Source: a virus (Duplodnaviria > Caudoviricetes). From it: a stretch of DNA of 63,568 nucleotides. Under the pieces are notes generated by a model, which was not told where the DNA came from, searched no databases, and saw only the letters and a program-made list of their open reading frames with translations. This document shows, one piece after another, positions 17,113-26,116 of this stretch. A program made the translations under genes and the position numbers. Position 1 is the first letter of the stretch, and every line of letters starts with the position of its first letter. The DNA is taken from positions 1-63,568 of IMG/VR virus record IMGVR_UViG_3300048599_000861; one strand, 5' to 3'.

Positions 17113-18142
17113 GCTGCAGGAGGTCCTGGTTGCCTTTGGGAAGGGCAAGCAGACCGACATCGCTACCGCGCAGGCGGCGGCCGTCATGTGGCGGTTCGGA
17201 AAGATCAACGCCGCGCTCGCCAACCCGAAACTGGCGACGGAAAACGACGCCGAGGAGTACGGCAAAGGCCACGAGTTCGCGACCCAGACGTTCAAGACGG
17301 CGTGGGACGTGGGCGGAACGCTGGAGAAGTACCTCGGCGCGGAAATCGCAGCCTGGGCCATGGCGTTCGGGCTCGGCAAGGTCGTGAAGTCCGGGACCAC
17401 CCCGAATTTCACGTACACCTGCACGCCGCTGTTCCCGTCTGCCGGCGACGCCGCCGAACTGCCGTATTTCTCGTATTGCGAGCAGATCCGACCGGGCGCC
17501 GGGGTGGTGCTCGATCGCATGGCCATCGGTTGCGCCGTCGAGGGCTTCCAGATTTCGGTTGGATCCGGTCCCGGCCGCGCGAATTCGAAGCTCTCCGTCG
17601 AGTTCGTCGGCTCCGGAAAGGTTACGGATTCCGCGACCGGCATCACCATGCCGGCGGCGACCTCCGAGAAACTGCTTCCCTCGGCGTCGCTCACACTGAC
17701 CATCAACGGCGTCGATTACGTCACGAACAAGAACATCGTCTCCCTGGAGACGGGATGGAAGAACAACATCCGGATGGACTCCGGCTTCTTCCCGGGCTCC
17801 GGCTTCCAGACGGCGGGCGACGGCTCCACGGGCGCGATCCGGGGCCGACTCGAGTTCGGCAACCGCGCCGGGAACCTCCGGTTCGTGGCCCGCTTCGAGA
17901 ACGGATCGGCGGAATACACGAAGCTCAAGGCGCAGACCACGGGCACGGCGGTAATCCACCTCCAGTTCGATGTCAACAATGCGCTCGACCTTACCTGGCA
18001 GAAGGTGGCGTTCCAGACGGTCGAGATCGGCGAGACGGACGGCATTCTGACCGTGGCGGTCGAGTGCACCCCGATGTACGACGCCAGCAACGGCATCCTC
18101 ACGGCTGTCGCAAAGTGCGGCGTGGATGGCATCTGCCAGTAA
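17099..18142 (+). CDS. Major tail tube protein
   Basis: GAGGAGG RBS; 347-aa beta-rich protein upstream of chaperone and tape measure. Confidence 0.75.
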   Translation: MSTTRLQEVLVAFGKGKQTDIATAQAAAVMWRFGKINAALANPKLATENDAEEYGKGHEFATQTFKTAWDVGGTLEKYLGAEIAAWAMAFGLGKVVKSGTTPNFTYTCTPLFPSAGDAAELPYFSYCEQIRPGAGVVLDRMAIGCAVEGFQISVGSGPGRANSKLSVEFVGSGKVTDSATGITMPAATSEKLLPSASLTLTINGVDYVTNKNIVSLETGWKNNIRMDSGFFPGSGFQTAGDGSTGAIRGRLEFGNRAGNLRFVARFENGSAEYTKLKAQTTGTAVIHLQFDVNNALDLTWQKVAFQTVEIGETDGILTVAVECTPMYDASNGILTAVAKCGVDGICQ

Positions 18143-18155
18143 GCGAGACTCTTTC

Positions 18156-18812
18156 ATGGAACAGACGGCAGTTTTCGACGCTACCAGGGCAATCGCCCTC
18201 AAGATCCCCGGCCCGGACGGTGGAAAAACCGTCCGGGCTCGGTTCCCTTCCGACGAGGAGTGGACCGAGCGGCAGCGGCGCCGCAAGGTGATCGTGAAGC
18301 AACTTGGCCGCGGATCTTCCGAAACCACCATGGTCGGCGGCGAGGAAGTGGACGCCGGGCTCCTGGCGAAGATCAGAACGGATGACGGCCACCCGGCTGT
18401 CGACCAGTACGAGGCTTCGCGCATCATCCAGGAGTTGAGCGAGTGCGACATCGACGATGTGGTACCCGCTGGCGACGCTTTCCGCATCTCCCTGCGGGTT
18501 CCGGGCGGGAACACCACGGTGGTCGTGGGCATGCCATCAGCGAAGGACGTGACCGAGTACCGCCGCGGATTCGCCACGGTGCTCGACAGGCCCTACGGTC
18601 GCCAGGAGTTGACCATCAACCTTCGCGTCGCCGGGGACCTGTTCAAGAAACTGGTCCAGGCGGTGGAGGGGTACGCCGAGGACGTTCCGATCATTCACCA
18701 GGCGGCGGCCGTCAAGGGCGCGATTGAAGCGCTGGACTACACCTTCGCGGAGGATCGGGAGGCAAATTTTCGCAAGGGGAGTGGCCAGACCAACCCTCCC
18801 TCCGCTATATAG
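18156..18812 (+). CDS. Tail assembly chaperone (gpG-like)
   Basis: Between tube and tape measure; ends in slippery heptamer A AAT TTT (18764-18770). Confidence 0.75.
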   Translation: MEQTAVFDATRAIALKIPGPDGGKTVRARFPSDEEWTERQRRRKVIVKQLGRGSSETTMVGGEEVDAGLLAKIRTDDGHPAVDQYEASRIIQELSECDIDDVVPAGDAFRISLRVPGGNTTVVVGMPSAKDVTEYRRGFATVLDRPYGRQELTINLRVAGDLFKKLVQAVEGYAEDVPIIHQAAAVKGAIEALDYTFAEDREANFRKGSGQTNPPSAI

Positions 18813-19102
18813 TCCATTGGGTGCTCCGGCGCGATCAGTTGTGTGAGCCGGGACTGTGCCCGGACGCGCCAGAAGATGGGGGGCGCTGCGATCGGTGCCC
18901 GCTGGATAAGCTCGATGCCGCTCAGTCCAGCGAGACCGGTCTACTGATTCGGCGCGCCATCGACCTAAAAAGCGCCCTGAAGATGGGTGTCCACATCGGC
19001 CTGGATGATATTCGGGCCGATGAATTCTACGCCATGGTCGTCATCGACGACGAGAGAGAGAAGTTCGACCGCGAGCAGGTGAACAATGGCCGACAAAAGT
19101 AA
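18770..19102 (+). CDS. Tail assembly chaperone -1 frameshift extension (gpT-like part of gpGT)
   Basis: -1 frame open from the slippery site: SQGEWPDQPSLRYIVHWVLRRDQLCEPG..., continuous with track ORF 18821..19102. Confidence 0.75.
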   Translation, partial: SQGEWPDQPSLRYIVHWVLRRDQLCEPGLCPDAPEDGGRCDRCPLDKLDAAQSSETGLLIRRAIDLKSALKMGVHIGLDDIRADEFYAMVVIDDEREKFDREQVNNGRQK

Positions 19103-22100
19103 GATCGAACTGGTCATCGAAGTCGATCCGTCCAAGGGCAACGCCGGCATCAAGTCCATCAATACCGGCCTGTCCAGCATGGAGCAGTCCGCGGTACGTG
19201 CCACCCGCAGTGCGTCCCAGGGGATGGACGGGTTCACATCGAGCATGGTCAAGGGTGCGGCTGTTGGAAACCTGCTCGCGGAGGGAATTCGGACGGCTCT
19301 CGGTTGGCTGAAGCAGATGACGGTCGAGGTGGCGAAGTACGCCTCCCGGACCGAGGTGATGACCATCGTCAGTAACCAACTGGCGAAGGTAAACAACGTC
19401 GCGGCCGGGTCCGTGGATCTCCTCATCAAGCGCATCACCGGTCTTGGTATTACGACCCAGGAGGCGCACGGCGTTATTCAGCGCATGATCTTCGCGGAGT
19501 TGGACCTCGCGAAGGCCATCCAACTGGCGCGCGTGGCTCAGGATGCCGCTGTCATCGCGAACGTCAACTCCTCGGAGGCCCTCGAAAACATCATCCTCGG
19601 CATCACGACGGGCCAAACCCGGTTGCTCCACAACATGGGGCTCCAGGTGTCGCTGGAACAGACTATCCAGGCCGAGGAGAAGCGGCTTGGGCGGGCCATT
19701 ACCGAGAGCGAGAAGCGCTCGGCCATGCTGAACAAGGTGCTGGAGGAGGGGGTTAAGATCCGAGGCACCTACGAAGCGGCAATGCAGAGCGTAGGCAAGC
19801 AGATGACTTCCCTTCCGCGCTATTTCGCCGAGGCGAAGAACGCCATCGGCGAGCGGTTCATGCCGGAAATGCGGAAGGTGATCGACGGCTTGAAGGACCT
19901 GGCGATTTGGCTCAAGGATAATTCGGCGATGGTCGCCGATCTCGCCAAGGTTATCGCCACTGCTGCCGGGATCGTAGCGGCTGCGGGGCTGGCTACCAAG
20001 CTGTTTGAGATCGTGGCCGCACTGCGCGGGCTGGTGGCGCTCGCCGCGGCGAACCCTATCGGGCTTATCGCTGCGGGGGTGGTCGGAGCCGGCGCGATTC
20101 TGTACTCGGAGTGGCGCAAGATGGAAGCGCCGTTCCGGGCTATGGACGAGGCGTACCAGAAGTGGCTGCAGAGCCAGATCACGGGCGCGAAAACGGGCGC
20201 GGATCTGGCTTCCGCGACCGACAAGGTCGAGAAGGCGTTCGCCGCCGGAACCATCGGGGCGAAGGAATACGCCCAGGCCATGGACATGCTCGACTCGGCC
20301 AAGGCTCGTGTCTACGGATGGGGCGACCTCTCCGATTTCAGCAAGAACCTCGGCCTGAAGATCAAAATTCCGAACCCGAAAGAGGAAGCGGCGGCGGCAG
20401 CCGCGCTCGCGGAGGAGATCCGCAAGGAGCAGCTCTCGAACGATAAGGCGTTCCGGGATCGCGCGCTCGAAGCGTCCAGGGCTGGCCTGACCGGGCTCGC
20501 GAAGGACATGGCCGATGTGAACGCCGAGATCGGCAAGCGGAACGTCATGGTGGATAAGGCAGGCGTCTCCCACTACGTGCCGCTCACGAAAGCCGCGTGG
20601 AAGTCGATCATCGAAGAGCTTCAGTACAAACTCGCGGCGTTCAAGCATAAACTCGCCAAAGACAATCGCGAGCACCTCGCCGACTACCTGAAGGCGGAAG
20701 AAGAAGCCGCGCACAAGCGCATGGAGTACGAAACGCGAATCTTCCAGCAGCGGCTCGCCAACGACGAGGAGATCGCCAAGCGTAATCTGGAGCACATCGG
20801 TTCCCTGTACCAAATTCAGGAGGAGCGCGCCGGCTACGTCCGGGATAAGCAACTCCGGGACGTCGATGGAATGGACGCCCAGACTTTGCAGCAGAAAATC
20901 TGGGTGGAGGGCCGGAAATCGGAGATCGAGATCGAATACCTGGAAAAGGTCCACGAGATCAAGATGCGCCTTTTCGATCTCGAAACCTCGCGGATGGTCC
21001 TGGAGGAAGAGGCGAACATGAATCGCCTCGGCTACCGGGCAGACGAGGTGAAGGCGCGAATCGCGGAGCTTAGCCAGCAGCGTGAGGATATCCGACAGGC
21101 GACCCAAGAAGGGACGGACGCCTCCATCGATGCCGCGCGCCAGAACGCGGCGAACCGCCAGGCGCAGATGGTCCGGGACCACAACCGACAGGTCTTTGAG
21201 TCACTGAAGCAGCAGGCGGGCGGCGTGTTCGACGCGCTCCTCACCAAGTCGCAATCGGTGTGGCAGGCAATCGGTAACTCGTTCAAGACCGCCATCCTCA
21301 CTGCAATCAAGGAAGTTGTGACATCGCGTGTCGCGGCCATGTTGATGCAGTTGTTCACCGGCCAGAGGGCATCGTTCGCTGGCGGTGCCTCCCCCGGTGG
21401 ATTGGGTGGCATGCTGGGTGGGCTTGGGGGAATGCTTGGGGTTGGATCGGTCCCGGTTTTTGGTGGATCAAACAGCGGCCCCATCCCCGGTGGTGCCGCG
21501 GGCGGATGGGGAACGCCTCCGTTTATTTCCGGCGGATCCGGCACTGGTGGGTGGGCCGGTGGAATCTCTGGTTGGGCTGGCGGGCTTGCGAACCTCAAGT
21601 CGTTTTTTGGGATCGGTGGCAGTATAGAGACCGCTCCCGGCGTTGCTACAACCTGGGAATCGGCCACACTAGGGCAGAAGCTCTCGTCCATTGGCAGGTC
21701 GAATGCCTCATTGATGGGGGGCGGGCTTCTGGCGATCGATGGAGTTCGTCGCGGCGGATGGGCCGGACTCGCAGAAACGACAGGAGGCGGGGCCCTCATT
21801 GGCGCGAAGTTTGGCGGTCCACTGGGAGCCCTGATCGGCGCTGGAGCGGGTCTTATTGGCGGGCTGGTGGGGCTATTCCGCGAGTCGGATACCGACCATG
21901 CGCGGAAGCTCATCAAGCAGGTGTACCAGGTCGATATCAGCGATAAGCAGTACCTGCAGAAGATCGTCGACATAGCGAAGCAGTCGTTCGCCGGAAGCAT
22001 CAGCACGGCGGTGTACAGCCCCCAAGTGCGCGAGCTCGTCGAGTTGTACAGCCAGACCCGCGGAGGCTCCTACTTCAACGCCTACACGCCCAGAGCCGCC

Positions 22101-22325
22101 ACGTTGGCCAACTCAGGCGGGGCGCTGACTCAGTCTCCGTTTTACGTGAATGGATCGGCCTACGCTTTTGCCTCATCGGCTCCGACTACTCCAGGGAGCG
22201 GAGCCGTTACGCGAGTTGGCAGCGCCTCACCGCAGATAACGCTCTCGCTCGATCCCGGAGCCACCAAAAGCGTCCTCAACGGGCGGGCGACGTCGCTGCT
22301 CGTTCCCGGGGCGATTCGGGGCTGA
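19086..22325 (+). CDS. Tail tape measure protein
   Basis: 1079 aa, alanine-rich helical/coiled-coil with hydrophobic and Gly-rich segments; canonical position. Confidence 0.9.
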   Translation: MADKSKIELVIEVDPSKGNAGIKSINTGLSSMEQSAVRATRSASQGMDGFTSSMVKGAAVGNLLAEGIRTALGWLKQMTVEVAKYASRTEVMTIVSNQLAKVNNVAAGSVDLLIKRITGLGITTQEAHGVIQRMIFAELDLAKAIQLARVAQDAAVIANVNSSEALENIILGITTGQTRLLHNMGLQVSLEQTIQAEEKRLGRAITESEKRSAMLNKVLEEGVKIRGTYEAAMQSVGKQMTSLPRYFAEAKNAIGERFMPEMRKVIDGLKDLAIWLKDNSAMVADLAKVIATAAGIVAAAGLATKLFEIVAALRGLVALAAANPIGLIAAGVVGAGAILYSEWRKMEAPFRAMDEAYQKWLQSQITGAKTGADLASATDKVEKAFAAGTIGAKEYAQAMDMLDSAKARVYGWGDLSDFSKNLGLKIKIPNPKEEAAAAAALAEEIRKEQLSNDKAFRDRALEASRAGLTGLAKDMADVNAEIGKRNVMVDKAGVSHYVPLTKAAWKSIIEELQYKLAAFKHKLAKDNREHLADYLKAEEEAAHKRMEYETRIFQQRLANDEEIAKRNLEHIGSLYQIQEERAGYVRDKQLRDVDGMDAQTLQQKIWVEGRKSEIEIEYLEKVHEIKMRLFDLETSRMVLEEEANMNRLGYRADEVKARIAELSQQREDIRQATQEGTDASIDAARQNAANRQAQMVRDHNRQVFESLKQQAGGVFDALLTKSQSVWQAIGNSFKTAILTAIKEVVTSRVAAMLMQLFTGQRASFAGGASPGGLGGMLGGLGGMLGVGSVPVFGGSNSGPIPGGAAGGWGTPPFISGGSGTGGWAGGISGWAGGLANLKSFFGIGGSIETAPGVATTWESATLGQKLSSIGRSNASLMGGGLLAIDGVRRGGWAGLAETTGGGALIGAKFGGPLGALIGAGAGLIGGLVGLFRESDTDHARKLIKQVYQVDISDKQYLQKIVDIAKQSFAGSISTAVYSPQVRELVELYSQTRGGSYFNAYTPRAATLANSGGALTQSPFYVNGSAYAFASSAPTTPGSGAVTRVGSASPQITLSLDPGATKSVLNGRATSLLVPGAIRG

Positions 22326-22327
22326 CC

Positions 22328-22720
22328 ATGGCGCTCGGGTCGGTCTCCAACGCCGCGCCTGCGACGGTCCTACCGTTCAGTCTGTGCGTTTCATTTTCCG
22401 AGGGTCTCGAAGTCCAAGAGCGCGGCCTCGAATACCGAGACGGGACGCTGGAGCGCTCGCGCCTGGTTGAGACAACGCGGCGCCGCTTCTCCCAGGCGAA
22501 GAGGCTGACCGTCGATCAGATGGACGATCTGCGTGAGTTTTGGGACGCGCGGAAGGGGCCCCTGGAGCCGTTTTACTTCTACCACTGCAAAGAAGGAGCG
22601 CACGATCCGACTGGAGTTGCGACGGCCGGCCGGTACACGGTCAGGTTCGACGGCGACTGGTCGGAGCAGTGGGGAATGGCGCGTGGTGACGTTTCGATAT
22701 CGATAGTGGAAATCGCATAA
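22328..22720 (+). CDS. Distal tail protein (gpM/DUF2460-like)
   Basis: LREFWDARKGPLEPFYFY...VRFDGD; follows tape measure. Confidence 0.7.
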   Translation: MALGSVSNAAPATVLPFSLCVSFSEGLEVQERGLEYRDGTLERSRLVETTRRRFSQAKRLTVDQMDDLREFWDARKGPLEPFYFYHCKEGAHDPTGVATAGRYTVRFDGDWSEQWGMARGDVSISIVEIA

Positions 22721-25700
22721 ATGAGCGACACGATCGGCAGAATCACGGTACCCGACGTAACGCCCAGCGGGACCTTTCCGCTGAAGCCTGACTACGGGTA
22801 TGGTGTAGCCCAGCAGCGTAAGGTCATCACGCACACGTTCGGATCCGCGAACGCCAAGATAGAGCAGCGCTTCTACGTGGGAACCTCCGCGCGCCGGTTT
22901 CTGTTCCGCCGCGCCAGCCTGAACGAAACCGCGCGGCGTTTACTACGCGATTTCTGGCAGACTCAAAAGGGACCGGACGGCGCATTCACCTACAACGCGC
23001 CGGCGCCAGGAGGAGCCAGCACTGAGGCGGTCACGGTGCGCTTCGAGATTGCCCCTCTGACGTTCGAGCACCTCTCGGACACCATGTGCTCCGTCGGGTT
23101 GACATTCGTAGAGGTCGTCAATCCGGCGGACGCGCCCACGTACAGCGTCTCGTCGACGTGCACGCGGTTCCCGTCGTTGGCGCTCAACACCGCACTTCTG
23201 AGCCAAGTCCAGGAAATCATCCCGCTCGTCCACATCACCGTACGCGAGGAGGGCGTCCCGGAAATCTACCTTTCGGACCGTCGGTGCACGGTCGACGGCC
23301 AGCTCTACTTGCCGCGACTCCTCCGTATCGGGGAAGAGGGCGGAGACGCGCTCATCACACAAACGCTCGACGGCGCCCCTGACGACGTGCGATTCGTATT
23401 CGGGAACTCCGACCGGGTAATGGCGGAGGTATCGCGCGACACGGATCTTCGCGACGCGCGCATCGATCTGTCTCTCTACCACGTCGGCAGCGCAATCAAA
23501 CTGGACCTATGGTCTGGCCAGATTGCCGACTGGCAGATCGACGACGGGCCGGAGTTTCCAGTCACCGCGCAGGACTGGCTACGTAACGACAGCCTCATGG
23601 TACCTGAGGCGAGAATTACCCGGACATGTCGTAAGCCGTTCAACACCGCGGCCGCCGGCTGCCCCTACGCGACGCAGGGTAGCGGTGGAGACCCGGATGT
23701 CTGCGATCACTCCTACGATGGCGACAACGGATGCGTGGCGCACGGGATGAAGCGCTATTTTGGGGGGGTCCGGGCTGAGGTGCAGGGCGTTCTCATCAAG
23801 GACAACTCATCGGGTACTTTTGGGATTGGCAGGCGCCTGATGAATGCTACCAGCCAGGTTGCCGACTCCATCTACGGCGACGCTTTGCCGGCGATCTGGC
23901 ACGATGACGATGGGAAGCCGAATCTCGGGCTTCCGGTGAATGCCAAGCTCGCCGCCGGACGGCCGGAGGGCGATTTCTATGACGCTCTCGGGATAGTCGG
24001 CGAGGGGCCGTTGAGCGCGTACACCGAGCCACAGATGTATGAGCAGGCGGACGGGGCGAAGATTATGCTGGCGCACACGGTCGACGGCTCTCCGCACCAT
24101 GGCTTCCGCACCGACGGAACTGGAAACGACTTCGGACTGCGGACCGTGCGCGGAACCGATCCGGCCGGCGATCACGATTACTTTTCGCTCGGTCGCGTGG
24201 GAACATCGGCTGGATCTGGAGAAGTGGCAGACGGTGGATCGGTATATCGGGACGTGTTTGCGGCTGGCGCGGCTTTCGCCGAGATTCGAATCTCCGTTCC
24301 CAAGGGCTCTCCGCCATCGAGCATCACCGAGCACGCCATGAAAGTGTTTGTGTCCGGAGGACTCTCAGGTTACACCTGGGACGCCCCGGGCTCGCGGACG
24401 CTGGCGCCGCGCGTTACCAATCCGGTATGGGTAGCGGTTAACACGTACCTTCGGGGAATGGGACTTCGCAGCGCGACCGCGGCGGAGCAGGAAGCGTACT
24501 TCGACATCGAGGCGGCGATTGCGACGGCGGATATCTGCGACACCGTGGTTGACAAGTTGGTAGGTACTGGCACGGAGAGGCAGTATCGTTTCCGTGGCGT
24601 ACTGGCAGACCCGAAACCACTGCGCGACTGGCTTCGTGAGATCCTCAACACCTGTCTCGGTTACTTCACTTGGTCGGCCGGCAAGCTCAAGATCGGCTTG
24701 CGCTACTCGGCAGAAGCGCCTCACGCACTCACCATCGGGAACGTGTTGCTGGGATCGTTGCGCGTGGCTCCGATCAAGCCGCAGTTCGAGCGGTTAATTG
24801 TCGAGTACGCCGACGAAGAGTACGGATTTCAGCGCAACCAGTCCGAGTATCGGGACGATGACCACGCCGCACGCCGCGGCCGCCGCATCAATCCTCTGAC
24901 ATCTACGCTGGCCCTGGTGGGCTGTTCTTCGAAAAGCCTCGGAGCGCGTATTGCGACGATTCGCACGCGCGAGGAGGTTGGCGGCGTCACCGAGTCCGAG
25001 CAACGCGCCGCCGCGGAAGTATCGCTGCGGACGACAATTCTGGCGCTGGAGGTTGACGCTGGATCGGTGTGCTCATGCTCGACAGGGCTCCCCGATTACC
25101 AGGGGAAGTTCCGCGTCACCTCCTGGCGGCTCAATCGCGACTGGTCAATCGATCTGGCTGGCCGAAGCGTTACCGACAGCATGTATGACGTCACCACCGG
25201 CCCGAAGGCTGTTGACGCTCCGGCTGCGCCGATTCCTGTTGAGCCGGCGCGCGACTGGAACCCACCTCCGGAACCGAGCTTTGGAGTCGCGGTCTCATCC
25301 CTGGATCCCACGGTTGCTGAAGTCTCTGGGTTGACCTTTCCGGACGGACCCGACAACACGCATACCGTCGAGTCCGGGTCGTTTTCATTCTGGTACGTGG
25401 ACGAGGCCGCAGTCTGCCCTACGCTCGCCGCAGGCATCGATGCTGATGACACCTCCATGACGCTCGACTCGGCGTCCGGAGTAGGCAATTCTGAGTACTA
25501 CCTGATCGGAGCGGAGATCGTCGGAACGACGGGGGACCCCACGGGCGACGTGGTACCGATCGCGCTCCGTAGCCAGCTCGGCAGCACGGCCGCCAGCCAC
25601 TTGACCGGCGTCGCGGTTCGCAAGCTTATTCAGCGTGTGGTCACCGTCGCCTGGCCAAAGTACTTCTGGGATTCGGCCGACGCCGCAGGCTGGAAGCTCG

Positions 25701-26116
25701 ACGTCTCGCTGCCCGACACCAAGCTTGTAGCGGTCGTGGCTACGGTCCGCAATGACTACGGCGAAGGCCCGGCGGGTATCGTATGCACGACCGGAACCAC
25801 GGACCAAGGTCTTCGCCTTCAGTCGCCGTCAGCCGGATCGGGCGCGCTGACGATGATCGCGGTGGTCAACACGGACCGCTCGCTCTCGGCTTCTGACGGA
25901 GATCAAGTGGTTACGGTAACCACAACGACGCGCGGCTGCACGATTACACTTCCGCCGGAGTCGGGAATGATTGGACGCACGGTCACAGTGAAGCGCGCCG
26001 CCGGCTCCACATACGACGTTATCGTCGCCCCAGGTGCGAGCGACACGATCGAGGGTTCTGGTAGTTCGGTAACGATGTCCGAGGACAGCGAAAGCAGAAC
26101 CTGGACGGGTCAGTAA
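22721..26116 (+). CDS. Tail tip/hub protein (fused gpM/gpL/gpJ-like domains)
   Basis: N-terminal DUF2460-like repeat; Cys cluster (CRKPF..GCPY..CDHSY..GC); TNPVW; 1131 aa. Confidence 0.8.
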   Translation: MSDTIGRITVPDVTPSGTFPLKPDYGYGVAQQRKVITHTFGSANAKIEQRFYVGTSARRFLFRRASLNETARRLLRDFWQTQKGPDGAFTYNAPAPGGASTEAVTVRFEIAPLTFEHLSDTMCSVGLTFVEVVNPADAPTYSVSSTCTRFPSLALNTALLSQVQEIIPLVHITVREEGVPEIYLSDRRCTVDGQLYLPRLLRIGEEGGDALITQTLDGAPDDVRFVFGNSDRVMAEVSRDTDLRDARIDLSLYHVGSAIKLDLWSGQIADWQIDDGPEFPVTAQDWLRNDSLMVPEARITRTCRKPFNTAAAGCPYATQGSGGDPDVCDHSYDGDNGCVAHGMKRYFGGVRAEVQGVLIKDNSSGTFGIGRRLMNATSQVADSIYGDALPAIWHDDDGKPNLGLPVNAKLAAGRPEGDFYDALGIVGEGPLSAYTEPQMYEQADGAKIMLAHTVDGSPHHGFRTDGTGNDFGLRTVRGTDPAGDHDYFSLGRVGTSAGSGEVADGGSVYRDVFAAGAAFAEIRISVPKGSPPSSITEHAMKVFVSGGLSGYTWDAPGSRTLAPRVTNPVWVAVNTYLRGMGLRSATAAEQEAYFDIEAAIATADICDTVVDKLVGTGTERQYRFRGVLADPKPLRDWLREILNTCLGYFTWSAGKLKIGLRYSAEAPHALTIGNVLLGSLRVAPIKPQFERLIVEYADEEYGFQRNQSEYRDDDHAARRGRRINPLTSTLALVGCSSKSLGARIATIRTREEVGGVTESEQRAAAEVSLRTTILALEVDAGSVCSCSTGLPDYQGKFRVTSWRLNRDWSIDLAGRSVTDSMYDVTTGPKAVDAPAAPIPVEPARDWNPPPEPSFGVAVSSLDPTVAEVSGLTFPDGPDNTHTVESGSFSFWYVDEAAVCPTLAAGIDADDTSMTLDSASGVGNSEYYLIGAEIVGTTGDPTGDVVPIALRSQLGSTAASHLTGVAVRKLIQRVVTVAWPKYFWDSADAAGWKLDVSLPDTKLVAVVATVRNDYGEGPAGIVCTTGTTDQGLRLQSPSAGSGALTMIAVVNTDRSLSASDGDQVVTVTTTTRGCTITLPPESGMIGRTVTVKRAAGSTYDVIVAPGASDTIEGSGSSVTMSEDSESRTWTGQ

